A stretch of DNA of 64,000 nucleotides from an uncultured Candidatus Saccharibacteria bacterium (lineage in GTDB: Bacteria; Patescibacteriota; Minisyncoccia; Phycocordibacterales; Phycocordibacteraceae), in contig CAZWLE010000004.1 of NCBI GenBank assembly GCA_964634305.1, positions 35,059-99,058 of the forward strand, in the 5' to 3' direction. The translations under genes were made by a program, and so were the position numbers. Of this stretch, positions 1 through 8,059 are shown piece by piece. The stretch's first letter is position 1; every line of letters begins with the position of its first letter. The notes below the pieces were generated by a model. The model was not told the DNA's origin and did not search any database. It saw only the letters and a program-made list of their open reading frames with translations.

Positions 1-1517
1 TCTTCGCGGGTGCGTTTATGCTCATCTCGCGCGCGGTTATTCTCGCGTTTCTCATGGTGACTTCGCCAATTGGGTTTGCGGGCATGGCAGTACCGCCGTT
101 GAAGAAACTTGCTGATGATTGGTGGAGTAAGCTGTTGCACCAGGCATTCTTCGCACCAATTTTCCTCTTACTTCTCTTGGTATCACTAAAGATTACCGAG
201 GGACTTTCACAAATAAGCTCAGGGGAAGGAGGCATTGGTGGTGCCATTGCCGCAGGAAACTCGATAAACACCGGGCCGCTCATTATGTTCTGTCTTATTA
301 TCGGCTTCTTTCTTGGTGCTCTTACTCTTGCAAACCGTTTTGGTATTTACTTCTCAGATCTTGCAACGACCACTGCAGGACGCCTGTCTTTTGGTGCCAT
401 GGGTATGCTTGGCCGTAACTCAGTAGGACGCGTTGCGTTAGGACTGCGCCAGGGTCTTAATTCTAAGGATGGTGGTAAAACTCCGTTTGGTCGATTCCGT
501 GGCAGCATGTATGACGTGCTCGCCAAAGGTAACTATGATTTCCGTAGCAATAAGCTAGCGCACGATATTGGGCACCAAGTAAAAGTTGATTTTGGTCATG
601 GACAGCATGGCGGATATGAGCACATAGCGCATGAAAGGGATGAGAAGCTTGAGAAATACGGTAAGGGCCGTGAACACAATGCTGAACAAAAGAGCTTACT
701 TGGCGCTGCTGCTAAAGAAACTAACAATGCAAAGGAGGCTGCAGAAGAGGCAAAGAAGAAATATGAAGCACATGCCGAGGGCGAGGATACTGCATCTGCT
801 ACACTTGAAGAACAACTCAAGACAGCAACCGCTGCTGCAGCTACGGCCCAGAAGACTAATCAGGATCGATTTAACGCTCAAGAACAGGTGCTCGCAAAAG
901 CAGACGCTGACCTTAAGGCAGCACAGGAGCAGAGAGCCGCTTCATCTTCTAACCTTGCTGCATATGGTGTAGCTAAGGCTGCAGAAGAGAAAGCAGAGAA
1001 AGACCGCAATGAAGCGGCAGCGGCTCTGGAGGTTATTAAGGAACAAAATGAGGCACAGGCTGAACGCGACAAGATAAATCTTGAAGCACAGCAAGAAGCA
1101 CTTCGTGTAAGCCGTGAGAACTTCACAACACTTGGAAAGACGCTTTCAAAAGCAGTTAAAGATAAAACGGAGGCGTTTGAACTACAAAAGGCTGCAGAAG
1201 TAAAATTGAAGGCGGATTTGAGTCCTATTAAAGCGTTTACTGAACAGCTTGCACGAGAACAGGCAAATCCAATCATCCGTATGCTTCCTGGTAGTGAGGG
1301 CGTGACGCATGCTATCCATAATCTTGATAAGCACGCGAATTCAACAGAGAACGAGCGTTTGATGAAGAAACTTGCTGACTCAATCGACAGAGCCGGAAAA
1401 GCTACTGCCGATGCAACAAGAAGTCTTGAGCGCGAAATTGATGAGAACGCTCGTCGAGCTGCTGGTGACAGTACGGACGATCAGCACGCGACGGGTGGTG
1501 GTGACGGTCATCACTGA
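1..1517 (+). CDS. Integral membrane protein, VirB6/TrbL-like candidate, 5' end truncated by the window edge. Several hydrophobic helices are followed by a ~350-aa Ala/Glu/Lys-rich coiled-coil tail.
   Basis: The reading frame is open from position 3 with no upstream stop. The N-terminal part is hydrophobic (LAFLMVTSPIGFAG, FFAPIFLLLLLVSL, LIMFCLIIGFFLGALTLA). A long heptad-like AEEAKKK/AAQEQ region follows. The gene sits in a cluster with PrgI-like and VirB4 genes. Confidence 0.3.
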   Translation, partial: FAGAFMLISRAVILAFLMVTSPIGFAGMAVPPLKKLADDWWSKLLHQAFFAPIFLLLLLVSLKITEGLSQISSGEGGIGGAIAAGNSINTGPLIMFCLIIGFFLGALTLANRFGIYFSDLATTTAGRLSFGAMGMLGRNSVGRVALGLRQGLNSKDGGKTPFGRFRGSMYDVLAKGNYDFRSNKLAHDIGHQVKVDFGHGQHGGYEHIAHERDEKLEKYGKGREHNAEQKSLLGAAAKETNNAKEAAEEAKKKYEAHAEGEDTASATLEEQLKTATAAAATAQKTNQDRFNAQEQVLAKADADLKAAQEQRAASSSNLAAYGVAKAAEEKAEKDRNEAAAALEVIKEQNEAQAERDKINLEAQQEALRVSRENFTTLGKTLSKAVKDKTEAFELQKAAEVKLKADLSPIKAFTEQLAREQANPIIRMLPGSEGVTHAIHNLDKHANSTENERLMKKLADSIDRAGKATADATRSLEREIDENARRAAGDSTDDQHATGGGDGHH

Positions 1518-1529
1518 TAGACTATCGTT

Positions 1530-2303
1530 ATGCCTCCGGAACCTAGTACCACTCTCGATGATGCTTCGTTCGAGAACGACGTAAAGGTATTACTCGATAA
1601 TCTCCCTGCACCAGTACGAGCCTTCGTGGTGGGGAAGGGGCCAGATAAAACGGTACTAAGCCTCACACGCAAGTATCAGCTACATACTGACCAAGCGGGC
1701 GAACTGCACAAAGCACTCCTCATGATGCTTCTTGGTGTATATTCACCAAGCCGCTTCGCAACTACGCTTGAAGACAAGGATTTTTCCGAGGAAACCGTAG
1801 AAGGTATCATCGCGGACCTAAACGAACAGGTCTTTGCACCTCTTCGCAAGGAAGAAAGAGAAGAGACTGCCCCAAACAGCTCCGCCGCGAAGAAAGAACC
1901 CCTTGCGCCCGTTCCGGCTCCTCTTAACCCAATACCTCAAGCTCCTACACCGACAGCTCCTGTGGTGCCAGTTCCTACCCCAAAACCAGTGCCGCCTCCA
2001 AGTCCAGCTGTATCAGCACCACTAGCACCCCCACCAACTCCATCACCGTCATATGAGCCAACCATGCGCACCATGGCGCATGACATTGAAGGGATGAAGG
2101 ACGGCCACGCCCCAGCACCCGTACCACACCAAATACCAGGACTCGCTCATCCTGCAGTAGCGCCTGCTGTCCCTATGCCTCCAACACCCGTACCTATTAC
2201 CGTACCCCCTGTAGCTCCATCTTCAGCGCACCCGGACCCAACTGAAGTGCGTACCACCTTACAGAAATACGGCATAGACCCTTACCGAGAATCCGTCGAC
2301 TAG
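1530..2303 (+). CDS. Hypothetical protein with a ~110-aa N-terminal domain and a long Pro/Ala/Val-rich low-complexity C-terminus
   Basis: The ORF is 257 aa. The C-terminal two thirds are PxxP-like repeats (PVPAPLNPIPQAPTPTAPVVPVPTPKPVPPPSP). It is co-directional and tightly spaced within the T4SS-like cluster. Confidence 0.4.
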   Translation: MPPEPSTTLDDASFENDVKVLLDNLPAPVRAFVVGKGPDKTVLSLTRKYQLHTDQAGELHKALLMMLLGVYSPSRFATTLEDKDFSEETVEGIIADLNEQVFAPLRKEEREETAPNSSAAKKEPLAPVPAPLNPIPQAPTPTAPVVPVPTPKPVPPPSPAVSAPLAPPPTPSPSYEPTMRTMAHDIEGMKDGHAPAPVPHQIPGLAHPAVAPAVPMPPTPVPITVPPVAPSSAHPDPTEVRTTLQKYGIDPYRESVD

Positions 2304-2320
2304 ATGGTATTCTTCCAGCA

Positions 2321-2761
2321 ATGAATGGTTCCGAGAGATTAGGGCGGATTCAAGAACGAGCGCATGAGCTCAAACATGATGCAAAGCATCACGCCCACGA
2401 AAAGCATGAGGCAGAAAAGGAAGCTGGTATTGAAGCGGTGCGGAGAGATTTTCCTCGCATTGTACAAGCGATAGAAAAGCGTATGGACCGACGATTCCTC
2501 GGGTCGCGTCAGCTTGGTGCGCACATAGCAAAACAGGGAGATGGTCAGTACACCTGGGTAATGCCAAATGACTTTAAATTGTCAGTTCGCCACCCGTACC
2601 ACACTCGGTTTACTTTTAACCCTCATGGTTTTACTGAAGCATACGTAAAAGAACTCCAAAAACAGCTCGGCGAGGAGTTCTTTGTGATGGCACAAGGCCA
2701 TGCACCCGATGGAAAATTGGTGGTTTCTTGGGCACCGAAACCTTCTTCACACGGACACTAG
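2321..2761 (+). CDS. Hypothetical protein with a His/Lys-rich N-terminus
   Basis: The ORF is 146 aa, carries no recognisable motif, and keeps the cluster orientation. Confidence 0.35.
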   Translation: MNGSERLGRIQERAHELKHDAKHHAHEKHEAEKEAGIEAVRRDFPRIVQAIEKRMDRRFLGSRQLGAHIAKQGDGQYTWVMPNDFKLSVRHPYHTRFTFNPHGFTEAYVKELQKQLGEEFFVMAQGHAPDGKLVVSWAPKPSSHGH

Positions 2762-2787
2762 TACGTGGCTGCTATACTTAACCTGAT

Positions 2788-3204
2788 ATGGATTATCAGG
2801 TCCCCCAGTTCATCGAAGTAGAGGACAAGATATTTGGTCCACTCACGATAATGCAGTTTGTGTATCTCGCTGGTGGCGCGGGACTCATTGCAATACTCGT
2901 TCTCTCGCTTCCACTTTTTCTTGGCATTCTTCTCTCTATTCCTGTTGCTGGACTCGCTGGTGCGCTCGCGTTCTATAAATTGAACGGCAAGCCATTTATC
3001 CAAGTGCTTGAATCAGGATTCAATTTCTTCACGGGGAAGCGTCAGTATCTCTGGAGGAAGGTAAAAGAACCAATTGCGCCAAGTACCGTCATGCAGGCGC
3101 CTCCGCCAGTGGCTCCGCTACAAAAGGAGGGTCTCTCTCGCCGCAAGCTTGAGGACCTTGCGTGGTCACTCGACGTGAAAGATACCGGGAAGAACCCGGA
3201 ATAA
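2788..3204 (+). CDS. PrgI-family (VirB3-like) small membrane protein of Gram-positive-type T4SS
   Basis: The N-terminus (YQVPQFIEVEDKIFGPLTIMQFVYLAGGAG) matches the PrgI pattern of a conserved EDKIFG-PLT-RQF segment followed by two TM helices. The gene lies immediately upstream of VirB4. Confidence 0.5.
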   Translation: MDYQVPQFIEVEDKIFGPLTIMQFVYLAGGAGLIAILVLSLPLFLGILLSIPVAGLAGALAFYKLNGKPFIQVLESGFNFFTGKRQYLWRKVKEPIAPSTVMQAPPPVAPLQKEGLSRRKLEDLAWSLDVKDTGKNPE

Positions 3205-3207
3205 ACC

Positions 3208-3843
3208 ATGCCTGAGACCAATCCGACACAATCGTTTGTGCCCGTGAAGGAGGTCCGTAACGGGGTCATCATCCTTAAAGAGGGGGGCTACCGCGGTATC
3301 CTCATGTGTTCTTCGATAAACTTCGCCCTCAAATCAAACGATGAACAGCAGGCGGTGATTGGTGGCTTCCAGAACTTCCTCAACACGCTCGATTTCTCGG
3401 TACAGATTGTGGTGCACTCGCGTCGCATGGACATTCGTCCGTACCTCGCGCTTCTTGAGGAACGCACTGAGAGTCAGGCAACGGAGCTTATGAAGATACA
3501 GGTGCGTGAGTACATCCAGTTCATCCGTAACTTCACCGACGGTGCCGACATCATGACGAAAACTTTCTATGTCGTCGTGCCGTATGACCCAGCTACCGGC
3601 CTAAAAGTAGCGAATGCGTTGCCACTTTTTGGTGGAAAGCCAGTGAAAGAAGCAGCGGTGGGTATGACTGATTCGTTTGACGAGCATCGTATCCAGCTGG
3701 AGCAACGCATGGCACTCGTCACGTCTACGCTTATGGGCACTGGGGTGAGGGCAGTAGCACTCGGAACGGAAGAAATCATTGAGCTTCTGTACCGTTCGTT
3801 CCATCTCGGTACGCTTGAGACGCCGATAAAACTCAATAACTAA
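3208..3843 (+). CDS. VirB4/TraC/ConE N-terminal domain encoded as a separate ORF
   Basis: The segment ILKEGGYRGILMCSSINFALKSNDEQQAVIGGFQNFLNTLDFSVQIVVHSRRMDI resembles the conserved N-domain of Gram-positive VirB4 homologues (the INF-L-S-EEQ pattern). Its stop TAA is 1 nt before the ATG of the VirB4 ATPase ORF. The two ORFs total 211+606 aa, a typical VirB4 length. Confidence 0.5.
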   Translation: MPETNPTQSFVPVKEVRNGVIILKEGGYRGILMCSSINFALKSNDEQQAVIGGFQNFLNTLDFSVQIVVHSRRMDIRPYLALLEERTESQATELMKIQVREYIQFIRNFTDGADIMTKTFYVVVPYDPATGLKVANALPLFGGKPVKEAAVGMTDSFDEHRIQLEQRMALVTSTLMGTGVRAVALGTEEIIELLYRSFHLGTLETPIKLNN

Positions 3844-3844
3844 T

Positions 3845-5665
3845 ATGGCGTTCCTCGATTTCCTCAACAAAAAGAAAGAAGATGCGGCACCAACGGTTGC
3901 ACCAGTGCTTCCACAAGACATTTACGCTGAAGGCGCACTTTCGCTAGTCGACACCATAGCGCCAGACGCACTCAAAGTTGATTCAAAAGATATCGCGCTT
4001 GGTGAGAAGTACGCACGCTCGTTCTATACGATTTCTTACCCACGCTATCTCTCTGATTCGTGGTTCACGCCGGTTGTAAACCTCACCCGCGTCCTTGATG
4101 CGTCTATTTTCATCCATCCGGTTGAGACGGAAGCGGCGCTTCGTTCGTTCCAGCGCAAAGTGGCGGAAGTAGAGAGCCAGATTACTGAAAGGGCAGAGAA
4201 GGGCCTCGTACGTGACCCGATGCTCGATACGGCGTACCGCGACCTCGAGGATTTGCGCGACAGCCTGCAGCAGGCACAGGAACGTCTCTTTGAAGTAGGG
4301 CTCTACCTTACGGTGTACGGCGACACCAAGGAAGAACTCGACAAGATTGAATCGGATGTACGCGGTATTCTCGACTCCCGCCTCATTTACACAAAGCCTG
4401 CGCTCTTCCAGCAAGAGCAGGGATTCCGCTCCACCTTGCCACTCGCCCTCGACGAGCTCTCGGTCAATCAAAAACTCAATTCTTCACCGCTCTCCTCTAT
4501 ATTCCCGTTTGTTTCCTTCGACCTCACCTCTAATAACGGCATCCTCTATGGCATCAACCGTCACAACGCGTCGTTGATTCTCTTTGATCGTTTCTCGCTC
4601 GAAAACTACAACTCGGTGGTCTTTGCAAAGTCCGGTTCAGGTAAGTCATACGCAGTGAAGCTCGAAATCCTGCGCTCGTTGATGTTCGATACTAATGTCA
4701 TCGTCATCGACCCAGAACGTGAGTACGAGGCTCTCGCAGAGGCAACCGGTGGCCGTCTCTTCAACATCTCGCTCTCTTCAGAGCATCACATCAACCCATT
4801 CGACCTTCCACCGGTTAAAGAGGATGAGAATCCGTCAGATATTCTGCGCTCAAACATCATTAACCTCGTGGGTCTCTTCCGCATCATGCTCGGTGGTCTT
4901 ACCCCCGAGGAGGACGCCATTGTCGACCGCGCCATCACCGAAACCTACGCACTCAAAGACATCACGGGAGACGCGGACTTCACCGGAGTCGAGGCGCCAT
5001 TGCTTTCCGATTTTGAGAACGTGCTCTCAGGTATGGAGGGGTCACAATCCTTGGTTCAGCGTCTAAGTAAATACACGAAGGGCACTTGGTCGGGCTTCCT
5101 CAACCAGCCAACGAACGTAGACATCAATAAACAGTTCATCGTCTTCTCGGTGCGCGATATGGAGGATGAGTTGAAGCCGGTTGCGATGTACATCGTTACG
5201 CACTTCATCTGGAACGCGGTGCGCCACGACCTCAGAAAGCGCCTTCTCATCATTGACGAGGCATGGTGGATGATGAAGAGCGAGGACACCGCCTCCTTCC
5301 TCTACAGCCTCGCAAAGCGTGGTCGTAAGTACTATCTCGGCGTCTCAACGATTACCCAAGACGTCGAAGACTTCCTCCGTTCACCGTACGGCAAGCCAAT
5401 TCTCACCAACTCCTCAATACAGCTGCTGCTGAAACAATCACCAACGACTGTCGACACGCTAAAAGAAATCTTTAACCTCACTGACGAGGAGAAGTTCCTC
5501 TTGCTTGAATCAGGAGTAGGGGAGGGCCTCTTCTTTGCAGGTCTCAAGCACGTTGCGATTAAGATTGTCGCGTCCTATACCGAAGACCAAATCATTACCT
5601 CAGACCCTTCCCAGCTACTTGCGATTAAGGACGCTAAGGCACGACTCTCGGGCGGAACACCCTAA
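3845..5665 (+). CDS. virB4: Type IV secretion system ATPase VirB4/TraC/ConE family, ATPase domain
   Basis: Walker A is VVFAKSGSGKSYAVK and Walker B is RLLIIDEAWWMM. The order and spacing of motifs are typical of CagE/TrbE/VirB4 ATPases. Confidence 0.8.
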   Translation: MAFLDFLNKKKEDAAPTVAPVLPQDIYAEGALSLVDTIAPDALKVDSKDIALGEKYARSFYTISYPRYLSDSWFTPVVNLTRVLDASIFIHPVETEAALRSFQRKVAEVESQITERAEKGLVRDPMLDTAYRDLEDLRDSLQQAQERLFEVGLYLTVYGDTKEELDKIESDVRGILDSRLIYTKPALFQQEQGFRSTLPLALDELSVNQKLNSSPLSSIFPFVSFDLTSNNGILYGINRHNASLILFDRFSLENYNSVVFAKSGSGKSYAVKLEILRSLMFDTNVIVIDPEREYEALAEATGGRLFNISLSSEHHINPFDLPPVKEDENPSDILRSNIINLVGLFRIMLGGLTPEEDAIVDRAITETYALKDITGDADFTGVEAPLLSDFENVLSGMEGSQSLVQRLSKYTKGTWSGFLNQPTNVDINKQFIVFSVRDMEDELKPVAMYIVTHFIWNAVRHDLRKRLLIIDEAWWMMKSEDTASFLYSLAKRGRKYYLGVSTITQDVEDFLRSPYGKPILTNSSIQLLLKQSPTTVDTLKEIFNLTDEEKFLLLESGVGEGLFFAGLKHVAIKIVASYTEDQIITSDPSQLLAIKDAKARLSGGTP

Positions 5666-5668
5666 ACC

Positions 5669-6157
5669 ATGGCAGAAAAAGGGAAGACAGGGCAGCGCAT
5701 CGACGGACTGATGGCGACGCTGCTTATTCTGGCAGCGCTTGGCGCTGATTTCTTGCAGACCCTAGCGCTTCTTGGAGGTCCCTTCCTAGGGAGCCTTATC
5801 TCGCTTATCGCGTTTACCTTCTTTAGCTGTTGGTTTTTCATGCTCGGAGTGAGCTATCTCGATCGAAACGGAGCGGTCAAGTTTGTCATATGGATGTGCT
5901 CATTCATCGTTGAGTTCATTCCTATCCTTAACACCATCCCAGCCATAACGATGGGCGTGGTATCCCTGGTCTTGATGACCCGATTTGCCGACGGAAAGGA
6001 CAGCGCGCTCTTTAAACTCGCTCGAAGACGTCGCGCAAAGATGGATAAGGAACAGTTACATCTAGCTGAACGTCGTGCACTCGATTACCAGGCGCGTGAC
6101 GCCATGGGCGCTCAGTACCGAAGAGTAGAATCTAAACAGAACAACGACGAAGAGTAG
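5669..6157 (+). CDS. Small polytopic membrane protein, T4SS-associated by context
   Basis: The ORF is 162 aa with 3-4 predicted TM helices and a charged C-terminal tail. It starts 4 nt after the VirB4 stop. Confidence 0.4.
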   Translation: MAEKGKTGQRIDGLMATLLILAALGADFLQTLALLGGPFLGSLISLIAFTFFSCWFFMLGVSYLDRNGAVKFVIWMCSFIVEFIPILNTIPAITMGVVSLVLMTRFADGKDSALFKLARRRRAKMDKEQLHLAERRALDYQARDAMGAQYRRVESKQNNDEE

Positions 6158-6182
6158 CGCAGAGGGACGGTATACTACACGC

Positions 6183-7145
6183 ATGATTCGCATGCTTCTC
6201 GCACTCCTTTTGGTGCTTGCGCCTGCCACCCTCCACGCACAGGTACTCCCGGGCGTAAGTCCTGTGGTCATTACCCTTTCACCACAGTACCCACGTCCGT
6301 ACGAGACGGTCACGGTAAAGCTCACAAGCACCGTTTTCAGCCTTCCTGCGAGCACGGTCACTATCTACGCCAACGGTGCGGTTATCGGAGAGAACACCTC
6401 TACTGCAACCTTCCAGGCAGGAGCAGCGGGAAGTCGAACCACTATACGCGCAGTTGTATCTAACAGTGACGGCACAAACGAAGCCTCAGTCTCGGTAGTA
6501 CCTACTGATATTGCACTCATCGTTGAGCCAACCGCTACCGCGCACGCCTTCTATGACGGAGGGGTCCTCCCCGCACCCGAAGGGCAGGTACGAGTCGTCG
6601 CGCTCGCAGACTTCCGCTCAGGAGGCACAAGTATTGCTCCTTCAAATCTCATCTACACGTGGAAGCTCGGTGATAAGGAGCTCGCTGCAGAATCCGGGGC
6701 AGGGAAGAATGTACTGACGGCGACTGGCCCTACTCGCTATCGCGACGCCACGGTAAGTGTGCGGGTCGCGACGCGTGACGGCTCTATCGTTGGCTCGGCG
6801 AGTGTCGTTGTGGCTCCAGTGAATCCGCTGGTGCGTATCTACCGCAATGACCCTCTTCTTGGTATCGATTTTGCTAACGCGCTCTCTGGTACCTTCACGC
6901 TTCCCGGTACCGAGGAAGCATTCCGTGCCGTTGGTTACCATTTTGGCACCAACCCAACATTGTCCTGGACCTTAAACGGTACCGACACCGGCACTGACCC
7001 CGACCTCACCCTCCGTACTACGGGTACAGAAGAGGGAACAGCCCTCCTTGGCGTATCTGCTGATGGAAACGGGATATTCTCACATGCTGAGTCCTCGCTT
7101 ACCGTACAATTTGGAAGAGCATCAAACGCCTTATTTGGCTTCTAA
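6183..7145 (+). CDS. Secreted Thr/Ser/Gly-rich beta-rich protein with a signal peptide
   Basis: The N-terminus MIRMLLALLLVLAPATLHAQ is a signal peptide. The 320-aa protein is low in charged residues and rich in T/S/G/V. Confidence 0.45.
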   Translation: MIRMLLALLLVLAPATLHAQVLPGVSPVVITLSPQYPRPYETVTVKLTSTVFSLPASTVTIYANGAVIGENTSTATFQAGAAGSRTTIRAVVSNSDGTNEASVSVVPTDIALIVEPTATAHAFYDGGVLPAPEGQVRVVALADFRSGGTSIAPSNLIYTWKLGDKELAAESGAGKNVLTATGPTRYRDATVSVRVATRDGSIVGSASVVVAPVNPLVRIYRNDPLLGIDFANALSGTFTLPGTEEAFRAVGYHFGTNPTLSWTLNGTDTGTDPDLTLRTTGTEEGTALLGVSADGNGIFSHAESSLTVQFGRASNALFGF

Positions 7146-7147
7146 CT

Positions 7148-8056
7148 ATGAAATATTTCATCCTCCCGTCGCTTGCGCTCGCTGCACTCCTCTTCGCCCC
7201 ACAAGCGTTTGCGGCTGATGGCTTCGTGCCACTAACCAGTATCCCTGGTGTCGACAGTGTGACCGGCGCTGATTCTCTTGCTGCTTTTTTAAATAGTCTC
7301 TATAAGCTCGCTATAGGCGCTGCAGCCGTTCTTGCCGTCTTCCAGATTATCCGCGGCGGCATCATGTACATGCTTGAAGGTAGTGTGCTCGAAAAGCGCG
7401 AAGCGAAGCACCACATATTCATGGCAGTGGTTGGTCTCGTACTCGTACTTTCTCCAGCCCTCGTGTTTGGCATCATCAATCCAAAGATTCTTGATCTAAA
7501 TATTGGCACTGACCAACTCACGCCAGGGAATAGCCAAGGCGCCCCGGGGCAAGACGAAGGGCAGAGTGGGGAAGACGAAGGAACCGACAACGGAGGTGCT
7601 GCAGAGGACACAACCGTACCTCAAACGCTTGAATCCTGTGCAGAGAACCAGGGACGCTGGATTGTCAGTGCGGAGTCACCTAACGGCCGATGCATCATCG
7701 TAACCGATACCTCTGATGAGGCACTTACCGATGAAGAACAGATAGACACCACTAATGGTGTGACGGGCACGCCCTATACCGGGTCCTACACCGTGCGCGC
7801 CACCAGTAAGTTCGTAACGTATAGAACAAGAAACGTGCCAGAGTGGGGCTGTAACCTCCTCAGTTCAGTTTATTTTGACAGTGATGCCACTACTGCTGCG
7901 GTGTGCCAGGCACGTGGTGCAGAAACCGGATGGACCGCGATTAATGGAGCCGTATGTATACCGGAAGGGCAGTCACGAACTATATCTCTTACCAACGCCT
8001 GCACCGCACCAGGCACGAATGAGGTGTCGCCGCAGCAAGCAAATCGCGGTGATTAA
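7148..8056 (+). CDS. Pilin-like protein: signal peptide plus two hydrophobic helices (VirB2/TrbC-like architecture), fused to a Cys-rich C-terminal domain
   Basis: A signal peptide (MKYFILPSLALAALLFAPQAFA) is followed by two hydrophobic segments (LAIGAAAVLAVFQII, IFMAVVGLVLVLSPALVFGI). A ~150-aa domain with 8 Cys follows. Confidence 0.35.
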   Translation: MKYFILPSLALAALLFAPQAFAADGFVPLTSIPGVDSVTGADSLAAFLNSLYKLAIGAAAVLAVFQIIRGGIMYMLEGSVLEKREAKHHIFMAVVGLVLVLSPALVFGIINPKILDLNIGTDQLTPGNSQGAPGQDEGQSGEDEGTDNGGAAEDTTVPQTLESCAENQGRWIVSAESPNGRCIIVTDTSDEALTDEEQIDTTNGVTGTPYTGSYTVRATSKFVTYRTRNVPEWGCNLLSSVYFDSDATTAAVCQARGAETGWTAINGAVCIPEGQSRTISLTNACTAPGTNEVSPQQANRGD

Positions 8057-8059
8057 TAT

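Noticed and set aside
1834-2025. 63-aa ORF in an alternate frame within the Pro-rich gene
   Set aside because: It is a frame-shadow of the repetitive Pro-rich coding region.
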